In this document: piece after piece, positions 1 to 12,295 of the stretch | How positions within the stretch are numbered: the stretch's first letter is position 1 | Layout of the letters: the number at the start of each line of letters is the position of its first letter | DNA from: Octopus sinensis | Taxonomy: Eukaryota | Direction of reading: 5' to 3' | Assembly (NCBI RefSeq): GCF_006345805.1 | Contig: NC_043009.1 | Coordinates: 13,268,001-13,332,000, forward strand | Length of the DNA: 64,000 nt | Notes under the pieces: model-generated | What the model was told of the DNA's origin: nothing | Databases searched by the model: none | Seen by the model: only the letters and a program-made list of their open reading frames with translations | Made by a program: the position numbers and the translations under genes

Positions 1-150
1 TGTTGATGTGTTTACGTCCCCGTAACTTAGCAGTTCGACTGTAGTGTCCAATAAAATACGTGGTAGGCTTTAAAAATCGTGGGGTCGATTTGTTCGACTA
101 AATCATTCAAGGCATGGTTACAGTCAAATAACTAAAATAATTAAGAGAAC
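1..150 (+). mobile_element. SINE family A, 3' half (diverged)
   Basis: gtttacgtccccgtaacttagc...ggggtcgatttgttcgactaa...catggttacagtcaaataact matches the 3' half of the full copies at 34639 and 38777. Confidence 0.75.
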
Positions 151-164
151 GAAAGACTGTAATA

Positions 165-171
165 TACATAC

Positions 172-220
<49 letters not shown>

Positions 221-251
221 ATATGTACATATATATATACAAAACACACAC

Positions 252-293
<42 letters not shown>

Positions 294-345
294 GTGTATG
301 TATATATGCGTATGTGTGTGTTGTGTGTGTGTGCATGTGTGTATG
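165..345. repeat. (TA)n/(TG)n compound microsatellite
   Basis: Direct reading. Confidence 0.95.
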
Positions 346-824
346 AAAGCACATACGTCAAAGAATGAGATATACCAATGAAAATGCGTCTCCACCTGCG
401 TCTCGTATCTTTAACGCTTTCCTTCTAAATCACTGGCGTCAACTACCCCCTCCCTATATCACTTCACTTATCTTTTAATCTATCTATCTATCTAGCTTTA
501 TTTAAGAGAATTATTTCTCTATGTCACCATATCGAAAGTTTTTTTCCGTTGCTCTCTAGAAGTATTTAATTGAAATATATATATAACAAAACTAATAATA
601 TCTTCAATGACACTGGAATATGCGACAGATGGCCAGATTTTTATACAAGACTTATGTATAACACACTGGAAATAAACTCACAGAGGCGGAAAAATTTACA
701 TAAATACAAATATAAGGTTGCACATGATTTCGTTAACGCTAAAAAAATAAAAGCACGTTAATTCATGTCAAAACTCTTTTATTCTATATCGAGTTTCTGG
801 TCTTTATATATATGTATACAAACA

Positions 825-1924
825 CATGAGTTAGACAAAATAATGGAAACACCTTTAAATTTCAAAGGACCGCCTTTGGAAGTAATTACAGCTTGAATTC
901 TTGTCGTGATGATGGTACGTGATATCGACTCCTTACTTGTTTTTCTAAAATGCACCATAAATGTTCAATAATATGGAGATCTGAGGACTGTGGTGCCCAG
1001 ATGAGATATTCATAATCATTAGAATGTTCCTCGTGCCATTCAGTAACAAGTTTAGCTGTGTGAATTGGTGCATTATCATCTTGATTATTAATTCTGCCAT
1101 GAAGGGAAAACATTGGGCCGGCGGATTTCTAAGATATAGCCCCACCCACGTCCCAGATCATCAAAGAACCTCCTCCATGTGTAACAGTTCGAAGAAGGCA
1201 GTCTGGGTCAAATGCTTCTTTTGGCTGTCTCCACATGTATACGCGGCCAGTGGTAGGAAATAAGGTAAAGGATGACTCGTCCGAGAAAATAACATTCTTC
1301 CACTGCTCTAGCGACAAATTCTGTAGGTTTTTACTCCACTCTAAACGCTTTGCAACGTTTGTCTTTGAAAGTAGTAGTTTTCTGATTGTAGTCCTCCCGT
1401 GAAATCCAGCTTTGTACAACTCCTGGGGAGCAAATTTTGTGGAAACTGGGTTCTCGAGGTGGTCATTAAGACCTGCAGTAATTTTGGGAGCTGTACTTTT
1501 GTGATCCATTCGAATAATGCGCGTAAGAGTCCGACGGTCACTATCTGAAAGTTTTGGCTTTCTTCCGGAGTTTTGTTTCGATAAGGTGGCTTTTCCTTCT
1601 TTCTTAAATGCTGTCATTACTTTCGAGACAGTACTTCTTGATACCCCAAACATTTCGGCTGTTTTCGTTACGCTAGCGCCTGCCATACAAGCACCAACAA
1701 TTTGACCTCTTTGACGGTCCGATAGATATGTGATTTTAATGAATTTTAATTACCCTTTTCTGTTGATATTTGTAAAGAAACAGTAAATGTATCAAAATAT
1801 ATTAAGCAGCACTAATAATAAATAACAAAAAACATAAAAATAAACAAGATTTGTCGGTTTTATAAATATTTCAAAATTATGGTGCTATGATGCTAGGTGT
1901 TGCCATTATTTTGTCCAACCCCTG
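825..1924 (-). mobile_element. Tc1-family DNA transposon, DD36E spacing (Incomer-like), internally deleted, non-functional
   Basis: Imperfect ~29-bp TIRs at 825-853 and 1896-1924 (CAGGGGTTGGACAAAATAATGGCAACACC), with TA after the right TIR. ORF 1129-1686 has the HTH region and FSDESSF; ORF 886-1113 has QDDNAPIH...WAPQSSDLHIIEHLW. The segment between GRI and QDDN is deleted. Confidence 0.92.
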
Positions 1925-2010
<86 letters not shown>

Positions 2011-2022
2011 ATATATATATAT
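1925..2022. repeat. (TA)n microsatellite at the Tc1 TA target site
   Basis: Direct reading. Confidence 0.95.
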
Positions 2023-2049
2023 CAACGCCCCGTTTCGCACTCACAAATT

Positions 2050-3140
2050 CCTGCCCACATAAAACTGACAGCAACAAGTTCATTGAGTTAAAAGATAAAT
2101 TCCCTGAAGACACTGATCTTCGTTGCTTTCCTTGTGACACTTGTAGTTTTATCTGCACACTGTGCAGTCGCTCCTGCTTTGGGTGGTGGTAGAGTTGATT
2201 TTACTGCAGCCAGCATTTGCTGCTGTAAGTGCTGGTGTGGAGGCTCTCTTGCAGGAAGGAGGCGTTTCTCGTTTGTTCTCGGTGGGTGAAGGACTTTGTG
2301 GTGGTCCCTCTTGCCGGAAGAGCTATCACCTAAATTTTTGCCCCTCACTGTTACGTGCAATTTTGCTCCTTCAGGCAAGTGGATTATGCCTAGAATGCTT
2401 TCAAGGGTCTGCTGATTTGCCTGGATTTAACGCTCCAGACCTTGTCCACACCAGTTTTGTTGGTGTAGTTTAATTATCTGTTAGATTATCGATATTTTGT
2501 TCGTTATCAAGCAAGACAGCTGCCACAACCCAAAGACCGTCAATCTCAGGGGGCACCTCCCCAATCTTTATTTTTGATACTCACCTTCCGAGGTATGTTG
2601 GCAGGAGCACTAGTACATCAGTTTTAGGGGCATTGTGATGTGTAGTTTGGCTTCGTCTTCCGAGTCGAACTTTTTTCCACGGTGCCACATCTTTTCTTTC
2701 TAACCACGTAATAAATTTTATTCGAGATGGGCTGCAAACACTTTTCGATAAGTTCCTTTCGTTTATGGTCAATGTTTTTGTCTTTTAGTGATAGGATTTA
2801 CCAACTTACAGTTCGTCGTAAGGTGCGCTGTGAGATTTCACTAGGGGACGTTAAAGAGACAGTTGTGTTTTTCCTGAATTAGGCTTTTGAACATTTTCAA
2901 ATCTTCAACATTTAATTCTAGTTGCTCTTGTACTTTAGCTACTGCTGGGAAACCGCGATTGTTAGGTTCAATTAATTTTTCTTCGAGATTTAAAATTGTT
3001 TTCCTGGTTGTGGTTGCGTCGGAAAATGTCTGTGTGCTTTCGACTGCAATTCCTTCGTTCCGCCACCTCTTTTACGTAATGCGGTATAGGTGGAAAGATT
3101 ACTTCATAAATGTCAGTTTGGTGAGGCGTAGCCCTCTTCA
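2050..3140 (-). mobile_element. Degenerate non-LTR retrotransposon 5' region (ORF1-like, possibly Tx1/L1 clade)
   Basis: Broken minus-strand frames KIKIGEVPPEIDGLWVVAAVL and LESILGIIHLPEGAKLHVTVRG...GKRDHHK resemble an RRM-like segment plus a decayed zinc knuckle of a LINE ORF1. Judged by eye. Confidence 0.4.
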
Positions 3141-3389
3141 TTACTGAATGCCATGTTTGAAAAATGTATACAAATATATTCCATGATAATACACTATGAA
3201 ATTAAAATTCGCACCACAAAGGGGAATTGTTTTTAGTGAGGAACCTTTCCCCGCGAAGCAGGTTCAGTCTAGTTGATTCCAAATATTTCAAGATAAAATT
3301 TTACTCGTTTGTGTAACAAAAGAATAAAAAAAAACATAGCAAAACTTAGGAGGGCATGAAAACACGTCCGTTTGGTCAAAGATTTAAAT

Positions 3390-3600
3390 CTTTATTCGCC
3401 ACTGCGGGATAAATATGGAAGGGTAATACAAGACAAATAGTGTGGGATCGTACGTAGGAATGACAACCATGAAAAACAGGATGTTAAGAGTTAAAAATTC
3501 CAATACAATGACGGTAAGAAATGAGAAAATCAATATACAGTGCAGGACATGGCGACCCCACAATCCACACTCTGCACTTCTATAACATGGAGTAACCAAG
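3390..3600 (-). mobile_element. Probable LINE 3' end with AATAAA
   Basis: The minus strand ends ...tttatcccgcagtggcgAATAAAga (AATAAA at 3391-3396), which resembles the SINE B1 tail gtgggcAATAAAga. Confidence 0.35.
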
Positions 3601-4138
3601 GGTAGCGCTCAAGATAGGCACATCTGCATGCACCAGGCGCGCCACTTGTGTCCATCCCATGACCTGAGATCGCCTAGCAAGGGTCCCCATCTCGATCCCA
3701 GACCACACACATCCATGTTACCTAACTTGAACGAAAGCATCAAGAGTGAGAGAGAAAAAATGCATTAACTTCCTTGGTGCTTTCTGTGGGGTAGGTATAT
3801 CCCCCCTCCTCCAAGTGTGGCTTGTGGGAAGTCTTTGATTAAGTTCTGATGTAAATGATTTGTAAAATGTAGTTGCGGGATTCCAGTGTCTTCAGGGAAT
3901 TTATCTTTTAACTCAAAGAACCTTTTGCTGTCAATATTTATGAATTTTATGTGGGCAACAACATACATCTTTAACATCTTTATTCTTTGAATCCGGACAA
4001 TTGTCTAGTTATTTATCTAATAGATCTTTCCACTTTAAGCTATCGCAGATTAATGTCGCTATGGGGTTAAATACACCGATTTCGATCGGAGAAAATCTTG
4101 GTAACAATGGCCCTGCCAGTACTGGTTGACACGCCACC

Positions 4139-4160
4139 AGCTTCTTCTTCTTCTCTTCTT

Positions 4161-4235
<75 letters not shown>

Positions 4236-4247
4236 GTTATTGTTATT

Positions 4248-4280
<33 letters not shown>

Positions 4281-4385
4281 TTATTATTATTATTATTATT
4301 ATTGTTGTTGTTGTTGTTGTTATTGTTATTTTTATTATTATTATTATTATTATTATGTTTGTTATTTTTATTATTACCATTATTA
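4139..4385. repeat. Compound trinucleotide microsatellite (CTT)n-(ATT)n-(GTT)n
   Basis: Direct reading. Confidence 0.95.
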
Positions 4386-4734
4386 TTCGTCTGAATCTGA
4401 ATCTTCACCTTCTATTTGTTTTCCCCCTTTCTCCTTCCTATCATTATACATATCCATCCCCTAGATCCTCATCACCACCACATAATTTCTTCCCCACATA
4501 CTCATCCACCATACACACTTTTAATATTTTTTCTTCTTATTTCCTCCCGATACTTTCATAACAACAACGTCTGAGAAACGCAGAATGTAACATCTTGCAT
4601 TTCATGCCTAAAACCGTATATATTACGTAAATTATCTTTTAGAATTTTTGCGTAAACTGAAGATGGTACGGAAATATGTGCAACTTATAATTAAATATGT
4701 GTTAAAAAATGTTCTTTGTCTCCTCTTTTCATTG

Positions 4735-4825
4735 CATATACATACATACATACATACATATATACATACATACATACATATATATATATATATATGCATA
4801 TATATATACATATATATATATATAC

Positions 4826-4876
<51 letters not shown>

Positions 4877-4915
4877 CATGTATACCTATGTGTGTGCACG
4901 CGCGTGTGTGTGTTT
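4735..4915. repeat. (ATAC)n/(TA)n microsatellite
   Basis: Direct reading. Confidence 0.95.
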
Positions 4916-5328
4916 GAATTGATGTACGTACGTATGGATGTTTCTATTTATGTAGCAAATTAAAATTTGTTGGCGGCTGGAGAAACATTTATAATTAAAA
5001 TCATTTACGGTTGCAGCCTCCTCGATCAACCGAGGAACTAATTTATGTTCGATTTTTCTTTATGAAATAATAAATACAGCTTCATTAATGTCAACTGCTC
5101 ACCGCTTAAACTAATTCTTTGACAGCTTGATGACTCTTTAGCAACACGAAAGAAATATAAGCGAAAATCCAATCAAAGAATAGTTCCTTTCAATAATTAA
5201 GAATTTTTGTGCATTCCGCATTGATCTTTACACGATGTGGAATAAGCTGCATTATGTTTTCATAATAATAAAAAAAAAACAATTTTCGTCACATATTTTT
5301 AATAGAATTACTTATTTTTGTCATTCAG

Positions 5329-5538
5329 ATCACAACAGAATTTCTTGAGTAGACGGGAATTCAAACAGAATCCCAGGTGTGATCCTATAGTTTCCGCTTC
5401 AGAAATAATCTGTGTTGGATCGCGTCGTGCAACGTGTTTCTTTAGTAGCACGATAATGAAAAAAGTGCAGGAACTTAACCCTGCATTATTTCCTCTAAAG
5501 GAGTATAAAATTAATTTTGTATCTATTGAACATTTTTC
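5329..5538 (+). other. Candidate internal exon (210 nt, phase 2-2), product unknown
   Basis: Acceptor ttatttttgtcattcag|A, donor TC|gtaagc, and an open frame SQQNFLSRREFKQNPR...INFVSIEHF between them. No protein family recognised. Confidence 0.25.
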
Positions 5539-5867
5539 GTAAGCATGGATATCGATCTTATGAAATTAAATCTCAAATAGCTGGACCCTTGCTTCGTTCT
5601 TATATTTAATTCTTATAACATATTTTCCACTGCTACGAAATACATTCCACTGAAAGCAATATTTCAACGTAAAATTCAATAATACTTTATAGTGTGTACA
5701 TTGCTATACGATGAGTTATTGTACCCTTTACCTGGAGAAAATTTCATTGCAGCGGTTTAAATATCTGTTCTAAGATCATCACTGTCATTAAGAGTTGGGC
5801 ATATTAAGAATATATCAAAGTAACGATTGAAAGGTAACAATTGACTTGATTTATTATAAAAAAAACA

Positions 5868-6386
5868 ACTTTTGTATAAGTTTTTACCGAAAATTTAGAA
5901 ATAGCAGCCAAAAGACCGCTATTTCTTTTTCCTACAAAATATGTCTCCACAGGTAACAATTTTTACATAGGTAAAAGGAAGAAAAATAATGAAATCAAAC
6001 AGTCTTCGATTAATTATGGACGCGTTTCTGGATTAGAATTATAAAAATTCATTTCCTTTGTCAACATAATATTTCGAGAATTATAAATTTAAAAATGCTA
6101 AGCAAACTTAGCCTTTGCAATTCTGCTCAAGCGCCATCAGAACATAACTCAAGGCAATCAGCATATCCAAACTTATATAAGACGAGTGAATTCGTATTTC
6201 CCTCCAAGTTTACCACGTACATCACAAGATAGTACGGCAGAAAAAGATCCGCAGTTTTGTTATTAGGGAGTGAAATAATCATTGCGGATATAGGGTAAAA
6301 AATTATTAATTTAATAAATGAATAAATTTTATCTAGTAGTTTCGGTATGGAAAAGAACCATACTCGGTAAAAACTTATACAAAAAT
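5868..6386. mobile_element. MITE-like element bounded by 23-bp inverted repeats
   Basis: acttttgtataagtttttaccga (5868-5890) and tcggtaaaaacttatacaaaaat (6364-6386) are 22/23 complementary. No ORF. Confidence 0.55.
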
Positions 6387-6393
6387 GTATTTT

Positions 6394-6484
6394 TATATAT
6401 AATTTATATATAATTTATATATATATATAATATATATATATATAATATATATATACATATATATATATACATATATATACATAT

Positions 6485-6549
<65 letters not shown>

Positions 6550-6555
6550 TATATA

Positions 6556-6596
<41 letters not shown>

Positions 6597-6665
6597 ATGT
6601 ACACTTGGAAATGGAAGCGTGGCGTTCAAATAAATAATAACATAAATTATATGTATATATATGGA
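6394..6665. repeat. (TA)n microsatellite
   Basis: Direct reading. Confidence 0.95.
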
Positions 6666-6666
6666 T

Positions 6667-7100
6667 ATATGGGTACAGGACGTTACCAAATGTAAACAAC
6701 ATGAAGTACGAAAACAAGCGAGCTAATTATGCAAACAACGAGAGAAGAAAATTGAAAACAGGACAAGTAGCACAAAGAACGACCTTGCATCAGTTGTCGG
6801 CTGTCTATGTACTTCTCATTTCGAGCATTCAACGACAATATGAGTTTTCCAAGACCGTTGCTCTCATAACTTCCAAACTGAATATTGGATTTCATGGAGA
6901 GTCAAAGTTGGGAACAAAAGCAGGAAAGTGGAAACATAGAAGAAAATCAAACGAAAATAAACATGGAGGGTCGTTACGCCAAAACGAGTGGAAAAATAGT
7001 GAATGCAAGAAGAAATATTTACTTTCAAAAGAGAAAAGATTGGAGAGAGAGATAGGTTGAAAGGGATGTTTGTTTTGGTGTGTCTTGGGTGGCATGAACT
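6667..7100 (-). mobile_element. Penelope-like terminal (pLTR-like) fragment ending in (TA)n
   Basis: Shares the terminus gtcctgtacccatata with 17411 and 46253, and contains a decayed hammerhead-like core at 6808-6870. Confidence 0.5.
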
Positions 7101-7109
7101 AAATAATAT

Positions 7110-7760
7110 ATATTGTTTGGCGTTTGTGGTTTTGTAAAATTCAAAATCAAATTCGATTTTACTTCTGCATTAGAAAACCTAATTCATGTTATATATAAGA
7201 TGCTCGGGATGCCACCAAAACTACATGGGGTCCACGGGATTATCGTTCAGACACAAATGCACTCTGCACCGAGAGCAGGTTGCATTCCCAGAATACAGAA
7301 TGATATCCTTTAGTGAACACATTGAGAGATGCGCAAAGCAACTGCTTCCACAATTTGTAATTTTTCCCATTTTATCCATGTGTCATTGGAACAGCAGCAC
7401 AGGTTAGATTTAATAAAGAAACTACTTCATTGAAAAATATAAGCCAAAACTTAACCATTTCTAACATTTTTAAATAAGGAAACTTACAACATTGAAAAAA
7501 ATATAAATCAAAACTTAACCACTTCTAACATTCTATACTATCAAAACCAAATCATGTTAAATTAATAAAGCCTAATCATTCCCAACATTCTCCCTTATAC
7601 CGAAAACATCCCCGATTACCTCCCCCAGTCTGGAACTCTCTTTCTTCACACCATTGCGAAGAAATGGCACAATATCGGTAAGGAAATTTGAAAAGAAATA
7701 TGAAACCGGTTATTTCTTCCAAAATAATGTCACTACACACAGAATTTTATAACATTTTTC
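7110..7760 (+). mobile_element. Penelope-like element, GIY-YIG endonuclease 3' fragment
   Basis: FKIKFDFTSALENLIHVI / IRCSGCHQNYMGSTG...HREQ...SEHIERCAK...NYFIEKYKPKLN is a frameshifted GIY-YIG C-terminus. The ORF end is tandemly duplicated (7407-7466 and 7467-7530). Confidence 0.8.
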
Positions 7761-7832
7761 TATGACGATTTGAATATATACTTTAATCATATGATACAAG
7801 TGTTCTGTAGTCTTTTCACTCTATTTTTTCTG

Positions 7833-7892
<60 letters not shown>

Positions 7893-7906
7893 ACATATAT
7901 ATATAT

Positions 7907-7948
<42 letters not shown>

Positions 7949-8033
7949 ATATATCCGTTTCCAAGCAAGTTTATCTTAACCTTTTTGATGCGACTCTACA
8001 CTATGCTGTTTTCCCATCTTTCTACTTCTCTCT

Positions 8034-8067
<34 letters not shown>

Positions 8068-8089
8068 ACACACACTCATATATATAATT

Positions 8090-8509
8090 CTTTTATCTCC
8101 TTATTTGTTTCAGTCATTTGGCTGCGACCATGCTCATGCACCGCCTTAAAGATTTATAGTCGAAGAAATCGACCCCAGGACTTATTTTTTGTAAGCCTGA
8201 TACTTATTCAGTTTGTTTCTTTTGCAGAACAGCTACGTTACGGGGACATAAATAGCCCAGCATCGGTTGTAAAGCGATGGCGGGGTAGGGACACACAAAC
8301 ACAGACACATACATACACCTCAATATATGCATATGTGTATACATATACAACAGTCTTCTTTCAGTTTCCGTCTGCTAAACCCATTCACAAAGCTTTGGTC
8401 GGCCCGAGGCTATAGCAGAAGACATTTGCCCAAGGTGACATGCTGTGGGTCTGAACCCAGAACCTTGTGATTGGGAAGCAAGCTTCTTCTCAAACAGCCC
8501 CACCTGCGC
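8090..8509 (-). mobile_element. SINE family A (tRNA head, CCTTGGGCAAG CORE-like motif, central microsatellite, stem-loop tail)
   Basis: Reverse complement aligns end to end with the copy at 38777-39183. Confidence 0.9.
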
Positions 8510-9063
8510 TTCCAGACAGCCAAATACTCCTTATTTTAATTGTAAATATAAACATGCTTATGTGATGCATGTATGATGCAGTTATGCTAAACTAAATAGA
8601 TGGTAAAAATATGGTACCGAAATATATGTTGCAGATACAGTAAATCCAGAAATTGTGATATATCATAATATTCCGATATAATCATCAAAGCGAACATACC
8701 AACATAAAAGTTAGCTAGAAAAACAGGAGCAAACTAACGATTCACACATGTAATGACCTTGTAAATAGACACCGGCTATGCTATGGTATTCCCTTGAAGA
8801 ATTTTCAGGTAAATGAATAAGCCACTGTGCTTTTTCTTTAAACCTGAAACTTGTATCGATCTATCTCGTCGAACGCTAAGGTACAGAGTCGTACACATAC
8901 AACACTGGTTGTCAAGCGGTGGTGGGGGGCAAACACAGACAGAATGACACACACACACACACACACACATACACACACACATACACACGCGCAAACACTC
9001 ACACAAGAATACCCACATACGCGCACACACAGGATACATAAATACATACATAATACATACATT

Positions 9064-9095
<32 letters not shown>

Positions 9096-10094
9096 GTCTA
9101 CAATAATTAAACAATTCATATTTTAGAGTGACAATAGAAAGAAATACTTCTGGGAAGGGCAGAGATCAGATGTCCCAATATCATTAATACAGCTGGAGGA
9201 ATTTGAATAACTTCCAAAGGTAAACTTTCTCTTTTAAGATTGTTATCTTGTGAAGCAACGAATAACTCTTCAGTGGCAATGGATAAATATATCGTTGAGC
9301 TTTCTGAAAAACTGGTGAAGGAATCAGAGAAATAAGTAAGCGAAATATGCACACGAGAGAATATAAAATAAAGATAAACAGTAGATTCATTAGTGAGGGT
9401 CATATTTATACGAAGTGGTTCATTATAAATTAATCGCATAATTTAAATGATTGAATAACAGAGAAAATTCAAATAGTTAAGAAGGATGGAAACTCACGAT
9501 TTTCCATCAAGAATCATTCGAAGAGACAGAAAAACAATATACAGACACATATGCATAATACAGATACACATGCACCACAAAATACGTACACAGACAGACA
9601 AAGTCAATACAAATACTCAGACATACATATACATTTTCTGTAAGCAAGCGTGCCAGATAAGAACCTATCTTAACATACAAAAAAGATGGCGGAAATCTAA
9701 TTTTGAAGTCCTTTTTGAAATATTTGAATTTAAATCTATGAAAATAGCATATGGAATGAAGTTGAATAGCAAGTGATAAAACAAGCGTTATCCCATACAA
9801 GAGACTAGCCACCATATATACAAACAGTCACACATAGGCATGTACGTGCGTTTGTGTGTGCCTGAGTATGTGTGTGTGTGTTTGTGTGCGTGTACGTGTG
9901 TGCGTCTGTGTCTGTGTGTGCGTATATGTGTGGGTGTAAATCAGGAACATCTAGTTGATTTTCACTTGCATTTTAAGAGTATTTTAGGAATTTTACAACG
10001 AAGTCGCCATGTATCGCCTTTCTGAATACCTTCTTTCTTCTCTAGTCATTCCTTTTATTACGTGTCTCCACACACGTCATTTGACTATATGCAT

Positions 10095-10193
10095 GAACAC
10101 AGCGTATATAAATGCAAACACACAAATGCACACATATGATATATATATGTGTGTATGAATATACGTATATATGTATGCATATATATATGCATA

Positions 10194-10243
<50 letters not shown>

Positions 10244-10381
10244 TGTATATGTATGTGTATGCATATGTATGTGTATGCATGTATATATATGTATACATAT
10301 ATGTATATATATATGTATATATATATGTATATATATATATACATATATATATGTATATATATATGTATATGTATATATATG

Positions 10382-10421
<40 letters not shown>

Positions 10422-10560
10422 CATACATATATATATATATATAAATAGATAGATGCACAGAGACACAAAAGCACACAGACGCACACACTCACGCACATAT
10501 ATGTATGCTTGTACGTATGTATTGCGTATATATTTTGAAACGTATACATATCCTTGTACG
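10095..10560. repeat. (TA)n/(TC)n/(TATG)n compound microsatellite
   Basis: Direct reading. Confidence 0.95.
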
Positions 10561-10599
10561 TGTGTTTTGTGTATCTTGCAGTGAATTACTTCTTTGAAA

Positions 10600-10960
10600 T
10601 TTCTATACATTATTCTTTGAGCGAAATGTTTCCTGAATTCACGACACGCCTTGGAAGGCCGCTACAACGCCTGTCTTTGCATCACGCAAATTTGCAACAT
10701 GAATCCATTGAAATTCTTAATATTATTGTCTTGAACCATAAAAAAAATATTTTTAAAAGTTTGGAATGTGGACTAAATATATTTTATGCTTTCCTAGCTA
10801 ACAAGTATATTTCTAAAATATCTTCAAGTAATTTTTTTTCAGACATGGTCTAGTGTTTTATAGATTCTTTAAAAAGGAAAAGAAATAAATAGAATCTAGA
10901 TATTTGAAGATATTGGCGTAGATCTCATCAGGAGATTGCTGTAACTGGAATCTTAAAATT
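10600..10960 (-). mobile_element. Probable Penelope-like fragment: hammerhead relic followed by a degenerate ORF start
   Basis: CTGATGA core at 10925-10931 with a stem I partner, followed by a degenerate frame beginning MSEKKLLEDI. Confidence 0.35.
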
Positions 10961-11234
10961 ATTTCTTATGTTGAGTTTTGTTACAAAAGATTAATAAAAA
11001 AAATATTCCCCTGTAGTTTTATTTATCTTAACGTATTTATAAATTAAGTTGATGGATTTTACAGTAGTCGCTATTGTGGAAGCAAACCGTTTCCCCGCAT
11101 TGATGCATATCTGTGAATATCTTGCTTTGCTAAATGGAATGTTTTCTATGTTACCTAAATGCATTACAAATTTTGTAAAATAGATAACTGGATTTGCTTT
11201 TTAATATCCAGTTGAGTAATGGGAAAGTTTACAT

Positions 11235-11455
11235 GCGCAGGTGTGGGTTTGTGGTAAGAAGCTTGCTCCCGACTACATGGTTCTGGGTTCAGCCTCACTG
11301 CATGACACCTTGGGCAATTGTCTTTTACTATGGCCTCAGGCCGACCATAAATTTGTGAATGGACTTGGTTGATAGAAACTGAAAGCCCGTCTTATACATA
11401 CAAACACGTACACAGACACACACACACACACACCACACACACACACACATATATA
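11235..11455 (+). mobile_element. SINE family A, 5' half (split at its central microsatellite)
   Basis: gcgcaggtgtgggtttgtggtaagaagcttgc...ccttgggcaa...gaaactgaaagcccgtc followed by (CA)n. Confidence 0.85.
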
Positions 11456-11477
11456 TATAATAATAATAATAATAATT

Positions 11478-12290
11478 GTGTACAGTGCTCAGGTGCACTA
11501 CAACTCATCTAAAGTGTATATATAATCAGGTGTAGTTTCGGCGGATTTCGGAAAGCATGAGGGCCTTAAAGGATGCAGTGTCATGGCAGTCAACAACTGA
11601 CGCAGGCAGTTTATTCCATGCTTCAGCAACTCTGAGCGTGAAAAAATGTTTCCGAAAGTCACGGGAGCTGTGTTGTTTTCTGACTTTGTAGGCATGTCCA
11701 CGTGTGTTAGACACATGGAGATCAAAAAGGTGTTCAGTGTTGTTGTTGGTGAGGTGTTTGATAACTTTGTGGGTGTTTACCAAGTCCGTCGCCAGACGCC
11801 GGAGCTTCAGTGAATCCATGCCCAGGGAAACAAGGCGCTCAGATATGGTAGGTGTCTGATGGAGGGTATGCGTTTGGTTGCACGTCTCTGGACAGATTCC
11901 AGGAGGTCAATGTTCTGAGCAAGATAGGGGTTCCAAACTGATGATGCGAATTCCAAGTGTGGTCGTACCATAGCTATATACAGTTTTAAATAGATGGCTG
12001 GAGAGCGGCTAACAAAAGTCTTGGTGAGTGATGCCAAGACACCCTCGGCCTTCTTGACAATTTTAGAGATATGCTTTGTCCAACGCAAATCACTGCTGAC
12101 AGTGATGCCTAGGTCACGCTCGCAAGAGGATTTCTTGATATCAGTGTTGTGGAGGGAGTATGTGGACGCAGAGTTTTTTCTCCCAAAATGCATGGTGGTA
12201 CACTTGTCCACAGCCAGTTTCAGTTGCCAGTCTGTGATCCATTGCTGCATTGTGTCTAGGTCTGATTGCAGGAAAGAGTTGTATATATAC
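11478..12290 (-). mobile_element. CR1-group LINE, 5'-truncated RT C-terminus plus 3' UTR with (ATT)n tail
   Basis: WQLKLAVDKC...ERDLGI...VRPHLEFASSVWNPY...LESVQRRATK, one frameshift, then SLKLRRLATDL...TRGH...FFTLRVAEAWNKLP. Confidence 0.92.
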
Positions 12291-12295
12291 ACTCC

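Noticed and set aside
5953-5970. 18-nt microexon candidate (ccacag|GTAACAATTTTTACATAG|gtaaaa)
   Set aside because: It sits inside a MITE-like repeat, has a weak donor, and has no independent support.
7655-7725. GAAACCGGTT palindromic stem III after the PLE ORF
   Set aside because: The upstream core (gcgaaga) and stems I and II are too degraded to model.
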